Source: a virus
Strand: one strand, 5' to 3'
Length of the DNA: 64,000 nucleotides
Virus record (IMG/VR): IMGVR_UViG_3300045996_004119
Coordinates: 32,001-96,000 of that record
In this document: in pieces, positions 33,375 to 42,833 of the stretch
Layout of the letters: each line of letters opens with the position of its first letter
How positions within the stretch are numbered: position 1 is the first letter of the stretch
Made by a program: the position numbers and the translations under genes
The notes under the pieces: generated by a model
What the model was told of the DNA's origin: nothing
Seen by the model: the letters and a program-made list of their open reading frames with translations, nothing else
Database searches by the model: none

Positions 33375-35909
33375 GTGCAGGACCTCGCAAGCGACACCGA
33401 GCCTCGCGACGCCGGCCACGTTGCCGCCCTCGGCTCGCCGAGCCAGCCCCGGGATGCCGATGGCAAGTGGACGGACGGGCGCGGGGGAGGGCGCTCGGCG
33501 CCCGCTGGTGACGTCGGCGGGCCTGGGCGAGGCGGCAACAGCAGCGATTCCGGCAGCAGCGGCTACAGGCCCGGCGGGAGTTGGCGAGGGCGCAGCCGCG
33601 GCGGGAGCAAGGGCGGCAAGGCCCCAGGTGCAGCTGACGCCTCTGGCGCATCCGACGGCCGCTCGGCGGCGCAGAAGAAGCGCCACGCCGACCAGCGCGA
33701 CACGGCCGACGTCGCGGAGAAGCGGGCGCGGTCTCACGAGGCGAAGGCGCAGAAGGCTCGCGACGAGGCCGCGCAGAAGCGACAGGAGCTCGAGGACACG
33801 AGGGACAGCGTCGAGCCGAAGAGGCGGCGCGCCGAGGAGCTGGAGGAGGCGTACCAGCGCAAGCTCGAGGCGCACGAGGAGGCAGAGCGGCGCTTCGACG
33901 AGGAGAACTTCGAGGACGTCCCCGACGCGCGCCGCAACAAACTCGCCGAGGAGGCAGACCAGGCGCGTGGCGAGATGCGCGCGGCGAAGCGCGAGGTGGC
34001 CGAAGCGGGCAAATCGCACAGGGCGGCCGAGCGCAGGGTGTCCCGCCTAGAAGACGAGTACGACGCGGCGCGCGAGGAGGCTGTCTCTCGTCGCCTCGAC
34101 GCCGACACGGCCCGCAATCGAGCAAACATCGAGCGCGAGCACACGGACCTGCTGGAGCGGCCGCACGCCGAATACTCGGCGGAGGTGCGGAAACGCGCCG
34201 CAGACGCGAAGCGCGACGTCGCCAAGGCGACCGAAAAAGCCGACGTTGCAGAGCGCGATCTCGACACGATGCGGAAGAGCGAACAGGCGGCGATCGACGA
34301 GTCTATCCGCGGGCAGCACGCGAATCAGGCAGAGCGCGCTCGAGCGTACGACCAGGCCAAAGGAGCGGAGGATGCTCGCAAGTCCGCCGAGGAGCGGGCG
34401 ATGGCCGCGGACAACGATCGCAAGGTGGCGAGCATCCGCGCCAAGTACTGGGCCGAGGCCGCTAGGGAAGCCCGCAGGCTCAAGCCAGGCCCCATCGACG
34501 GAGATGGCGACGGCCGCGTGAACGAGGCCGAGCGATCCGACCAACTATCCGACGGCCCGAGCGCCGACGAGGACACCATGACCACCATCGAGACGCTCTC
34601 TGTCGGAGACGACGTCCCGCTCGAGCTCGTCAACGGGCAGGCGCCGCGAGAGCTCCGTCTCTTCCGGAGGGGCGAGAACCCGAGCACGAAGGGGAGCTTC
34701 CTTTTCGACGACACGGCCGCGCAGAAGGTCATGTCGACCTACCAGCGGATGGGCCGCAAGTGGGTCTCCATCGACTACGACCACGGGTCGCTGCAGCGGA
34801 ACCCGGTCGACCCGAGCAAGAGCGCCCGCAGCGCGGGTAGAGCTCCGCTGGAGCTTCGCGACGGCGAGCTGTGGGCGACAAACATCCAGTGGACCCCCGC
34901 GGCGAAGGCCGGAATCGAAGCCGGGGAGTGGCCGTCGGTGTCGCCCGCGTTCGCGCACGGCGAAGACCGGCGTCCCACGTGGGTGATGAACTTCGGGCTC
35001 ACAGGCAACCCGGCACTCCACAGCCCAGCGGAGCTCGTCGCGGCCAACGTGCTGCGCGCGCTCTTCGACCCGACCGAACCAGATGACCAGGGGGTGACTC
35101 CGCTCGCCTCCACCACGACGGGCGACAGGCCCGCGCAAACCGAGGCTCCGGCCACGGAGGAACAGAGCATGAAGAAGCGAACTGCTGCCGAGGTGGCCGA
35201 GTTCTTCGGGGTCACCGAGGACGAGGCGAAGGTGTGGATGGCCGCCGCGCACGGCGAGCCGAAGAAGATGCTGAGCGCGGCTGTCGCGCTGAGCGTGGGC
35301 CTCTCGGCGGAGACCGAGGAGGACGTCCTCGTGACGCGCCTCTCCGCACTCTCGTCGGCGGAGCGGCGCGTGCTCTCCGCGCTCGACGTGAAGAGCATCG
35401 ATGATGCGCTCGGCGCGATCACCGGCCTCAAGAAGGCGGCCAAGGACGCCGAGAGGCTCGCAGCGTCGCTCGCCGACATCCAGGGGAAGCAGATCCGCTC
35501 CGAGGTGGAGACGATGCTCTCCGCAGCCAAGGACGCGAAGAAGCTCACCCCCGCCGAGGTGGCCGACGAGAGCGAGGCGAGCCTGCGCGCGACGGCGCTG
35601 TCCATGGGCGACAAGGGCCCCGGCTGGCTCAAGGCGCACATCGCGCAGCGGCCGGTGATCGAGGTGCTGAACACCACCTTCAAGCAGCCGGAGACGAAGC
35701 CGAATCCGGAGGGCGATCAGAAGCCCAAGGTCGACGTCGGCGGCAAGACGTACGCCCAGCTCTCCAACATGGAGAAGCACGAGCTCTCGCAGCGTGACCC
35801 GCAGCAGTTCGCGGCGCTGCGCGAGGCGCACCTGAACTCGCTCCCGGCGAACACCTACCCGGTCCCCGACCAGCAGCGCGGGGGCATGTTCCGCGACCTC
35901 CCCGGCTGA
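33375..35909 (+). CDS. Mu gpI-like prohead protease/scaffold with long N-terminal coiled-coil extension
   Basis: GGAG-GTG 33375; protease motifs SIDYDH, A.G...L..RDG.LWA..I.WTP.A...I..GEW..VSPAF, GLTGNPAL; in-frame internal starts at 34578 and 35169. Confidence 0.85.
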   Translation: MQDLASDTEPRDAGHVAALGSPSQPRDADGKWTDGRGGGRSAPAGDVGGPGRGGNSSDSGSSGYRPGGSWRGRSRGGSKGGKAPGAADASGASDGRSAAQKKRHADQRDTADVAEKRARSHEAKAQKARDEAAQKRQELEDTRDSVEPKRRRAEELEEAYQRKLEAHEEAERRFDEENFEDVPDARRNKLAEEADQARGEMRAAKREVAEAGKSHRAAERRVSRLEDEYDAAREEAVSRRLDADTARNRANIEREHTDLLERPHAEYSAEVRKRAADAKRDVAKATEKADVAERDLDTMRKSEQAAIDESIRGQHANQAERARAYDQAKGAEDARKSAEERAMAADNDRKVASIRAKYWAEAAREARRLKPGPIDGDGDGRVNEAERSDQLSDGPSADEDTMTTIETLSVGDDVPLELVNGQAPRELRLFRRGENPSTKGSFLFDDTAAQKVMSTYQRMGRKWVSIDYDHGSLQRNPVDPSKSARSAGRAPLELRDGELWATNIQWTPAAKAGIEAGEWPSVSPAFAHGEDRRPTWVMNFGLTGNPALHSPAELVAANVLRALFDPTEPDDQGVTPLASTTTGDRPAQTEAPATEEQSMKKRTAAEVAEFFGVTEDEAKVWMAAAHGEPKKMLSAAVALSVGLSAETEEDVLVTRLSALSSAERRVLSALDVKSIDDALGAITGLKKAAKDAERLAASLADIQGKQIRSEVETMLSAAKDAKKLTPAEVADESEASLRATALSMGDKGPGWLKAHIAQRPVIEVLNTTFKQPETKPNPEGDQKPKVDVGGKTYAQLSNMEKHELSQRDPQQFAALREAHLNSLPANTYPVPDQQRGGMFRDLPG

Positions 35910-36011
35910 CCTGACGGCGCACCCGCCTCGGCAAACCGACCACCACAACCAGAATCAATGGAGCGACGCGCTGCCCGCTGAGGCGGAGATCTGCGCGCCG
36001 AGAAGCCACTC

Positions 36012-36911
36012 ATGGGCGTCACCAAGCGTTCAGACATCATCAACACGTACATCCTGGCAGAGGCGATCCAGGCCGAGTTCGCGGGCGCCGTGGCGCTCTA
36101 CGGATCGCCCGCCGTCGTGCAGAACAACAGCCTCCCGGCGAACACCATCAACGGGGGGAAGCTGAAGGGGGGCGAGACCATCCAGGTCCCCTACTTCAAC
36201 AACCTCGGCGAGCTCGACGAGATCGCTACCGACGGCGACTCGCTCACGCCGGTCGCGCTCACGATGAGCGACGAGACGGCCACGATTCGCCACTTCGGCA
36301 AGGCCGTCGAGCTCACCACCTGGTCGCAGATCAAGGGCCTCTACTCCGACCCGTACAAGGAGTGCGCGCGGCAGCTCGTGCTGGCGGCTCAGCGCAGCTG
36401 GGATGCTGCGCTCATCCAGGTGGCCGGCACGTCGCTGCCGTCGGACAACGTCCACGACGTCTGGAACGCAGTGACGCCGGTCCTGCTGAACTGGGACGTC
36501 ATGGTCGACGCGAAGCTGAAATTCGGCGACGAGCAGTCGAGCATCGTGATGCTCTCCGTGCATTCGAAGGTCTACGGCGACCTGATGAAGCTCAAGGACT
36601 CGACCGGGCGCCCGTTGCTCGTCGACGCGAACGACGGCAGCCTGCCGAAGTTCATGGGCATCCCCGTGAAGGTCTCCGACCGGAACGCGGTGGTCCCGGC
36701 GTCCGGCAGCACCCCGGCGAAGTACAAGTCGCGCATCTACAAGGCCGGCGCGCTCGCGCTCTGGCTCAACGGCCAGCCGTCGGTGAAGGAGGACGAGGAC
36801 ATCCTCAAGGACACCGACCTCGTCGCGATTCACACGTACTTCGTCGGCCACCGGTACAAGCGCACCCCCGGCGCGACCCGCCCGGGCGTCGTCGAGATCG
36901 TCACCAACTGA
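36012..36911 (+). CDS. Major capsid protein (HK97 fold)
   Basis: 299 aa directly after scaffold; G.TIQVPYF..LG, L...LT......TIRHFGKA.E.T, M.S.VY..L motifs. Confidence 0.88.
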   Translation: MGVTKRSDIINTYILAEAIQAEFAGAVALYGSPAVVQNNSLPANTINGGKLKGGETIQVPYFNNLGELDEIATDGDSLTPVALTMSDETATIRHFGKAVELTTWSQIKGLYSDPYKECARQLVLAAQRSWDAALIQVAGTSLPSDNVHDVWNAVTPVLLNWDVMVDAKLKFGDEQSSIVMLSVHSKVYGDLMKLKDSTGRPLLVDANDGSLPKFMGIPVKVSDRNAVVPASGSTPAKYKSRIYKAGALALWLNGQPSVKEDEDILKDTDLVAIHTYFVGHRYKRTPGATRPGVVEIVTN

Positions 36912-36941
36912 CCATGGGCGTCGGGTTCTTCAGGGTCCAGC

Positions 36942-37241
36942 ATGCCCGGCGTCGGCACGGTCAGGAGATACCTGCTTCTGAAGGAGCAGGCGGCGACGCA
37001 GCGCGGGGACGAGGAGATAGCGCTGGCCTTTCGGGGGAAGCGCATGTCGGAGCCGGGAACGAACCTCCCAGCGGGGTTCCCCGGGCTGACGGAGCTGGCG
37101 GCGGTGACGCCGCCGTACACCGCGGTGGAGGACCTGAAGGGGCCAACCATCGAACGATCGGCGGACGTGGAGGAGCTGGTAGCAGCGGGCCTCCCCCGCA
37201 AGCTGGCGCGGGAGGTCATCGCCGCGCTCACGGAGCTGTGA
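36942..37241 (+). CDS. Small hypothetical head-associated protein
   Basis: High-GC3 frame between capsid and neck genes. Confidence 0.6.
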   Translation: MPGVGTVRRYLLLKEQAATQRGDEEIALAFRGKRMSEPGTNLPAGFPGLTELAAVTPPYTAVEDLKGPTIERSADVEELVAAGLPRKLAREVIAALTEL

Positions 37242-37242
37242 G

Positions 37243-37641
37243 ATGAGCGGAGAAGGCTACATCCGTCCTGGCGAGAGCGGGGCGGGCTATTTCGACGGGA
37301 CGGGCAACCAGTTCCGATCGGTCGGCAAGATCACGCTGGCTGGCGCCATCACGCGCACGGCCGACGGCAACGGCACGACGGTCGAGATCGGCGACAAGGG
37401 CACGCTGCGGCTTCTGCTCAGCGTGACCGCAGCTGACGGCACGAGCCCCACGCTGGACATCACGCTGCAGACGTCGAAGGACGGCAGCACCTGGCGCACG
37501 CTGGGGACCTTCGCGCAGGCGACTGGCACGACGACGGAGAGCAAGAGCTTCTCCGGCTGCGATCGCTACGTGCGCGCGAACGCGGACCTCGGCGGGACGA
37601 CCCCGAGCTTCACCTACACCATCGACGGCGAGGCCGTCTGA
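37243..37641 (+). CDS. Beta-sandwich structural protein (decoration/neck)
   Basis: Thr/Gly-rich; LDITLQTSKDGSTW...F...RYVRA pattern also at N-terminus of 38066 gene. Confidence 0.7.
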   Translation: MSGEGYIRPGESGAGYFDGTGNQFRSVGKITLAGAITRTADGNGTTVEIGDKGTLRLLLSVTAADGTSPTLDITLQTSKDGSTWRTLGTFAQATGTTTESKSFSGCDRYVRANADLGGTTPSFTYTIDGEAV

Positions 37642-37651
37642 GGACACCACC

Positions 37652-38059
37652 ATGTCTGTTTCCCCCGACACGTTCGTCTTCACCAGGAACGTCGGCAACA
37701 CCGTCGTTCGCATCCACACGCCGCCGCATGTCGTGGCCCGCCTCGCCTCCACAGCGAACCTCGCGGACCTCACCGCCGTGAGCACCACGATGGATGGCCA
37801 GACGATCGCCGCCGGCGACGTCATCCTCCTCAAGGACCAGACCGACGCGTCCGAGAACGGGCTCTATGCCGCCGGCGAGGTCTCCGGCAGCACGGTCCCG
37901 CTCACGCGCATCTGGCCCATGGAGGACGGCCAGGAGGCCCACCACGGCACGCTCGTGTCGGTCCAGCAGGGCACCGCGGGCGCTGGCGACCTCTACAAGC
38001 TGACGAGCACCGGCGCGCTGACGATCGGCACGAGCAATCTCGCGTTCACGCTGGTCTGA
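37652..38059 (+). CDS. Head fibre/decoration-like structural protein
   Basis: ASTANL...T.DG.T..AGDVILLKDQTDASENGLY motif shared with 52546 gene. Confidence 0.7.
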   Translation: MSVSPDTFVFTRNVGNTVVRIHTPPHVVARLASTANLADLTAVSTTMDGQTIAAGDVILLKDQTDASENGLYAAGEVSGSTVPLTRIWPMEDGQEAHHGTLVSVQQGTAGAGDLYKLTSTGALTIGTSNLAFTLV

Positions 38060-38065
38060 GAGCCG

Positions 38066-38797
38066 ATGCCGGCGACCACGGAGATCACCCCGCTCGAGGC
38101 TGCCGAGCGCAGCGCGAGCGGGGTGAGCGATGCGCTCGACCTGGGCGCGGCCACGTCGGTCGACCTGACGCTCGACGTTACGGCCGCCGCCTCGGCGTCG
38201 CTCATCGTCTACGTGGAGACGGCCAGGTCGGAGACGTCGTCGACGTGGACGCAGGCGGGGGCCTTCTCTCGCACGACCGAGGCCGGCACACGAACGCAGG
38301 TGTTCGCCGACCTCGAGCGGTGGATCCGAGTCCGGTGGGAGATCTCCGGCACGGCCACGTTCGAGGTGGCCGGCGAGAGCGTGACCGTCTACTGCCGCCC
38401 GCGCGACATGGGGCGCGTGGTCGCGGAGCGCGGACTGTTCGCGCAGCAGGGCGAGGCCTACACCCCGGTCCAACTCGACGAATACGCCCGCGACGCGTCC
38501 GACGAGATGGACGGCTCGCTGGGGGCCATGTTCTCGCTCCCGCTCACGGCGTGGGGGCGGGACGTCCGGCGGAAGGCCGCTGAACTGGCCGTCTACTACG
38601 CCTTGTTCAACCGCGGATTCTCGCCGGACGACGAGGGCGGGAAGGGCTACCGGAAGATGCACGATGACGTGCAGGCGTGGCTCAAGGCCGTGCGCGACCA
38701 GAAGCTCGAGCTCCATGGCGTCGTCGACAGCACGCCGGAGGTCGAAGACGGCGGCGCCTACATCGTGACCGACTCGCCGAGGGGCTGGGGCCAGTGA
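38066..38797 (+). CDS. Head-tail adaptor (Mu gp36/DUF1320-like) fused to N-terminal beta-sandwich
   Basis: C-half VYC...D...DAS.EMDG.L...F.LPL......V......LAVY.....RG......Y......WLK.V; N-half like 37243 gene. Confidence 0.75.
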   Translation: MPATTEITPLEAAERSASGVSDALDLGAATSVDLTLDVTAAASASLIVYVETARSETSSTWTQAGAFSRTTEAGTRTQVFADLERWIRVRWEISGTATFEVAGESVTVYCRPRDMGRVVAERGLFAQQGEAYTPVQLDEYARDASDEMDGSLGAMFSLPLTAWGRDVRRKAAELAVYYALFNRGFSPDDEGGKGYRKMHDDVQAWLKAVRDQKLELHGVVDSTPEVEDGGAYIVTDSPRGWGQ

Positions 38798-39309
38798 GCG
38801 CGGTCTTCGAGGCGCCCACCGACCAGCTGGAAGCGCTGGCCGATCGGCTTGAAGACGTGGCCAGCGGCGGAGGCCTGAGCGACCTCTACGAGCTCCTGGC
38901 CGAAGAGGGCCGGACGCTCGTCATAGAACGGTTCGAGGCGCAGGCGGACCCGGAAGGTGTGCCGTGGGCGCCGCGCAACCCGGACTTCGGCCGAGGCTCC
39001 GGCGGGCAGATCCTTCGCGACACGGACCGCTTCCAGAACGGCTTCGTCGCAGAGCCCACGGCAGACGGATTCCGGGTCGGATCGAACTTCATCGGCGCGC
39101 GCGTGCTGACCGAAGGGGCCACCATCACGCCGAAGCGCGCGCAACGCCTCCGGGTGCCGCTCGCCGCGGGCGGGTTCGCCTTCCTCAAGAGCGTCAAGAT
39201 CCCGGGCCGCCGCGTCATTCCAGTGGGCGAGGCGGGCCCGATCTGGGGGCCGCGCCTCACCGAGGTCATCGAGGACTACGGCGCTGAGGTGCTGGGAGGC
39301 GGCGCATGA
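38794..39309 (+). CDS. Virion morphogenesis protein (Mu gpG/tail completion S-like)
   Basis: ERFEAQADPEG.PWAP, ILRDT, VGSN, GATITPK....LR, VKIP.RR. Confidence 0.82.
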   Translation: MSAVFEAPTDQLEALADRLEDVASGGGLSDLYELLAEEGRTLVIERFEAQADPEGVPWAPRNPDFGRGSGGQILRDTDRFQNGFVAEPTADGFRVGSNFIGARVLTEGATITPKRAQRLRVPLAAGGFAFLKSVKIPGRRVIPVGEAGPIWGPRLTEVIEDYGAEVLGGGA

Positions 39310-39845
39310 TCCTCGATACGAGGACGCCGGAGCGCTACCCGCTCGACGACATCATGGCCCGTATCTGGGAGGACCTGGGCGTCATCCCGATCGCGCAGGC
39401 CACCAAGGGTGACGGCTCGGCCACGTGGCACAAGGGCGCTCGGTCCCTGCGCTCGAATGACCGCCGCCCGCCGAGCTACGTCTGGTTCCGCGGCGACATC
39501 GACCCAGACGCAGGGTTCAAGGGCGACTTCGGCCAGTACCAGTCTGTGCACGGGGGCGGAGAAATCGTCTTCGTTCACTCGTGGGGCGGCACGGAAGCCG
39601 CGTCGTGGGCCATGCAGCACAACCTCGTCTCGTCAGCGCGCCGCCTCCTTGGGGCCGACTGCCGATGGCGCGGGAGCCGCTGGTACGAGCCCGACGAGCA
39701 GGGGAACGGTGCCGGGTTCGTGACCACGCTCGTTTTCAGCGTGCCCGTCATCGGCACCAAGCACGCAGTCGCCGTTCCGGAAACCGTGCTCAACACCGCC
39801 TTCATCACGATCAACGGGACTGATATCCCGGCAACCGGAGCCTGA
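39306..39845 (+). CDS. Putative tail terminator/neck protein
   Basis: Position between gpG-like gene and sheath, size 179 aa. Confidence 0.5.
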   Translation: MILDTRTPERYPLDDIMARIWEDLGVIPIAQATKGDGSATWHKGARSLRSNDRRPPSYVWFRGDIDPDAGFKGDFGQYQSVHGGGEIVFVHSWGGTEAASWAMQHNLVSSARRLLGADCRWRGSRWYEPDEQGNGAGFVTTLVFSVPVIGTKHAVAVPETVLNTAFITINGTDIPATGA

Positions 39846-39850
39846 CCACA

Positions 39851-40249
39851 ATGGCAGATCGAGAGACTCCCGGGGCGGTCGCCCCGGACGAGGGCGAGCG
39901 TGCGCCCGACGCTGGAGGCGTGCGCGACTTCACCGGGCGCGCGCGGCCGCCGTCAGCGACAAAGGAGACCCCGGCGAAGACCGGTATCCAGCAGGAGCCG
40001 GCGAAGGCGCCGGACGCTCCACGCAAGAGCTTCGAGGACTGGGCGAAGGCCAGCTTCGCCGTCGCCATCGACGCGCGCGGCCGCGCGTCTGGCGTGGTGA
40101 AGGGCAAGCGCATCGGCAAGGACAGCACCCGGAACGCCGCACTCGTCAACGCCGCGCGCACGCTGCACCGCGTCCCGATCGGCAAGATCGTGACCGAAGA
40201 CGAGTTCAACAAGCTGCTCGACGCCACCAAGGCGATCCAGGTGAGGTGA
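39851..40249 (+). CDS. Small hypothetical protein before sheath
   Basis: ORF fills gap; C-terminal VTEDEFNKLL motif. Confidence 0.6.
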   Translation: MADRETPGAVAPDEGERAPDAGGVRDFTGRARPPSATKETPAKTGIQQEPAKAPDAPRKSFEDWAKASFAVAIDARGRASGVVKGKRIGKDSTRNAALVNAARTLHRVPIGKIVTEDEFNKLLDATKAIQVR

Positions 40250-40252
40250 CCA

Positions 40253-42010
40253 ATGCCCCTCGGTGACGTACGCACGGAGATCCTGGACGGGGCGCTGGGC
40301 CTCTCGCAGCAGGATTTCTCCGCGATCTCGGCGAAGGTGGGGATGTCCTCCAGCGGGGACTTCAACACCATCAGGCTCTACAGCCGGCCGCGAGACGTGA
40401 AGTCTCGGCTGGGCACCGGCCCACTCGTGGAGTCGGGCGCTTTCCACATCGCGCGTTCGAGCCGCGGCACCTACCTCTGCCGCGTCGACGGCAGCGTGGC
40501 TGGCACGACGAGCGCGGTCACGAAGAGCCGGGCGGAATCCCCCACCATCGTGCTCAGCGGCGCGCCGCTGGACACGTACCAGGGGAGCATTCGCTTCACG
40601 CAGGCTGGCACCGTCGGCAGCGGCACTGGCACCGGCGCGTTCGCATATTCGGTGGACGGCCTCGACTCGGAGAGCCCGGAGATCGCCATGCCGGCCGGGT
40701 CGGTGGACACCGCCACGGTGACCGGCTCCGTGGACATGACCACCGCCGGGCTCTACGGAGGCGGCGGGACCCTGAATGGCACGGGCTTCTCCGTGAACGG
40801 CGATCAGGTGACCTTCTCCTCGCCGGCGAACGCCGCGGCCGTGGTGACCGCCATCAACACGGCGGCCGGCGAGACGATCGCGAGCATCGACGACGACGAT
40901 CACCTCGTGTTCACGAGCGGATCGGAGATCGTCCTGGCCGCTGGTTCGCCAAGCGGCGCTCTCGCGCTGCTCGGCCTGACCGCTGGCACGACGCCGACGG
41001 TGGCCGGAGCGGCCACCTACCCACTCGGGGACACCGGGCTCACGGTGACGTTCCCGCAGGGCAGCTACGCGGTGGACGACACCTACACTTTCACCACGGC
41101 CGAGCCGAGCTACACGCTCTCGGACCTCCAGGACGCACTCGACGTGTTCATCGCAAACCACCAAATCCAGTGGTTCTGCCTGCACGTCGTCGGGGCGCCC
41201 ACGAGCGAGGCGAACGCGCGCGCGATGGCTGACTTGCTCGACACGTACGCCGCCGACTTCGAGGCGGTGCACCGCTTCATGTTCTTCGTGATGGAGACCG
41301 CAGAGGATAGCGACCCCGACATGCTGGAGGAGGAATTCGCCGACTTCGAGTCCACCCGCGTCGCGGTCGGGTTCCGGCACTGTGAGCTCACCAGCGAGGC
41401 CACACGCGACCAACTCAAGCGTGTCTTCACCCGCCCCGTGACGTGGCCGATCGTGGCGCGTTGGGCCGCGGTGCCGATCAGCGAGAAGGGCGCATGGGTC
41501 GGGCGCGGCTCGCTGCCAGGCGTCGTGTCCGTCGACCAGGAGACGCTCGACGCTGCCGAGCAGATGAGCGACGCTCGCTTCCTCGCCCTCAGGGAGGTCA
41601 TCGGCAAGGACGGCTACTACCTGGCCGACGACATGACGATGGCTCCGGTCGGCTCCGACTTCAGCCTCGTCCCGTACCGCAGGATCATGGACGTTGCGTG
41701 CCGCGTCTCGCGACAGAAGCTACTCAACTACCTGCACGCGCGCATCCTGGTCCACGAGGACACGGGCTACATCGTCGAGTCCGTCGCGAAGGCGATCGAG
41801 GATGACGTAAACGTGGCGCTCGAGGCGGAGCTCGTGAACCCGCGCCCGCAGCAGCACGCGACGTCGGCGCGGATGGTGCTGACGCGCGACAACGACATCC
41901 TGAGCACGCAGGAGTTGCTCGCGGAGACGCGCATCGTTCCGCCCGGGTACGCGAAGGACATCGTGCACACCATCGGCTTCATCAACCCGACCGTGACTAC
42001 GGCGGTCTGA
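40253..42010 (+). CDS. Contractile tail sheath protein (DUF2586-like)
   Basis: MPLGDVRTEILDGALG N-terminus; GSDF..V.YRR.MD.A.R, ILST..L.....IVP.GYAK.I...IGF.NP C-terminus. Confidence 0.85.
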   Translation: MPLGDVRTEILDGALGLSQQDFSAISAKVGMSSSGDFNTIRLYSRPRDVKSRLGTGPLVESGAFHIARSSRGTYLCRVDGSVAGTTSAVTKSRAESPTIVLSGAPLDTYQGSIRFTQAGTVGSGTGTGAFAYSVDGLDSESPEIAMPAGSVDTATVTGSVDMTTAGLYGGGGTLNGTGFSVNGDQVTFSSPANAAAVVTAINTAAGETIASIDDDDHLVFTSGSEIVLAAGSPSGALALLGLTAGTTPTVAGAATYPLGDTGLTVTFPQGSYAVDDTYTFTTAEPSYTLSDLQDALDVFIANHQIQWFCLHVVGAPTSEANARAMADLLDTYAADFEAVHRFMFFVMETAEDSDPDMLEEEFADFESTRVAVGFRHCELTSEATRDQLKRVFTRPVTWPIVARWAAVPISEKGAWVGRGSLPGVVSVDQETLDAAEQMSDARFLALREVIGKDGYYLADDMTMAPVGSDFSLVPYRRIMDVACRVSRQKLLNYLHARILVHEDTGYIVESVAKAIEDDVNVALEAELVNPRPQQHATSARMVLTRDNDILSTQELLAETRIVPPGYAKDIVHTIGFINPTVTTAV

Positions 42011-42017
42011 GGGCACC

Positions 42018-42488
42018 ATGTCAGAGCTCGAATACCCGACGATCAACGGGCACGCCGCGTCGTGGGCCAGCATCGGCCTCCAGCTCAGCGGTGCCAACAT
42101 GAACGGCTCCCAGGCGCTGCGCGGCTTCAGGGCGATCAACTACAAGACCACGGTGGAGCGCACCCCGGTTTACGGCGCGGGCCGCGAGATCATCGCCTAC
42201 ACCGAGGGCACCGTGGCCCACGAGGCCAGCGTGACGTGGATCTACGAGACCTACGACCACCTGGTACAGACGCTCGGCGAGGGCTTCATGGACAAGGGGC
42301 TCGTGCTCTCCGTGTCCTTCAAGCTCGGCACCAACGTGGTCAGGAACGTGCAGATCACGGCGAAGGGGATGAAGGAATCCGGCGGCGACTTCTCGCAGGG
42401 GACCGATGGCCTCGAGATCCCAAGCCCGCTCGATGTCCTGCGCATCCTCTACGACGGCAAGAACCCCACTACCACGACCGTACTCTGA
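42018..42488 (+). CDS. Tail tube protein
   Basis: ING...SW.SI, INYK..VE...VYG.GR....YT.G....EAS motif; follows sheath. Confidence 0.82.
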   Translation: MSELEYPTINGHAASWASIGLQLSGANMNGSQALRGFRAINYKTTVERTPVYGAGREIIAYTEGTVAHEASVTWIYETYDHLVQTLGEGFMDKGLVLSVSFKLGTNVVRNVQITAKGMKESGGDFSQGTDGLEIPSPLDVLRILYDGKNPTTTTVL

Positions 42489-42503
42489 GGCAGAAGAGCG
42501 AAC

Positions 42504-42833
42504 ATGGCTGAGATCGAATTCAAGCTGACTGACGAGCAGAAGAAGAAGAAGGCGGAGCTCGAGGCGAAGCACGGCGTCGAGTGCTACCTGATCCGCGGCG
42601 CCGGCGTGGACGCCTGGTACAAAGAGCCGACGATCGGGGACGTCGAACTCTTCATGACCGACAACGGGGATCCGAAGAGTCGGGGCCGCGCGCTGATCGA
42701 CCTCCTGCGGCGCAACCTGGCGGATGGCACCACCGAGACGGTGTTCGGGAAGCGCGCTGGCGCCATCGTCTCGCATGCGGGTAAGTACGCCGACGTGGTC
42801 GGCATCTCGACAGACGCCATCCTGGGAAAATAA
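42504..42833 (+). CDS. Tail assembly chaperone (G-like)
   Basis: 109 aa between tube and tape measure; ends in slippery G GGA AAA TAA. Confidence 0.8.
   Translation: MAEIEFKLTDEQKKKKAELEAKHGVECYLIRGAGVDAWYKEPTIGDVELFMTDNGDPKSRGRALIDLLRRNLADGTTETVFGKRAGAIVSHAGKYADVVGISTDAILGK

Noticed and set aside
36914-37246. Alternative frame after the capsid gene (MGVGFFRVQH...)
   Set aside because: Gly/Ala/Arg-rich with poor third-position bias; the 36942-37241 frame has typical codon usage
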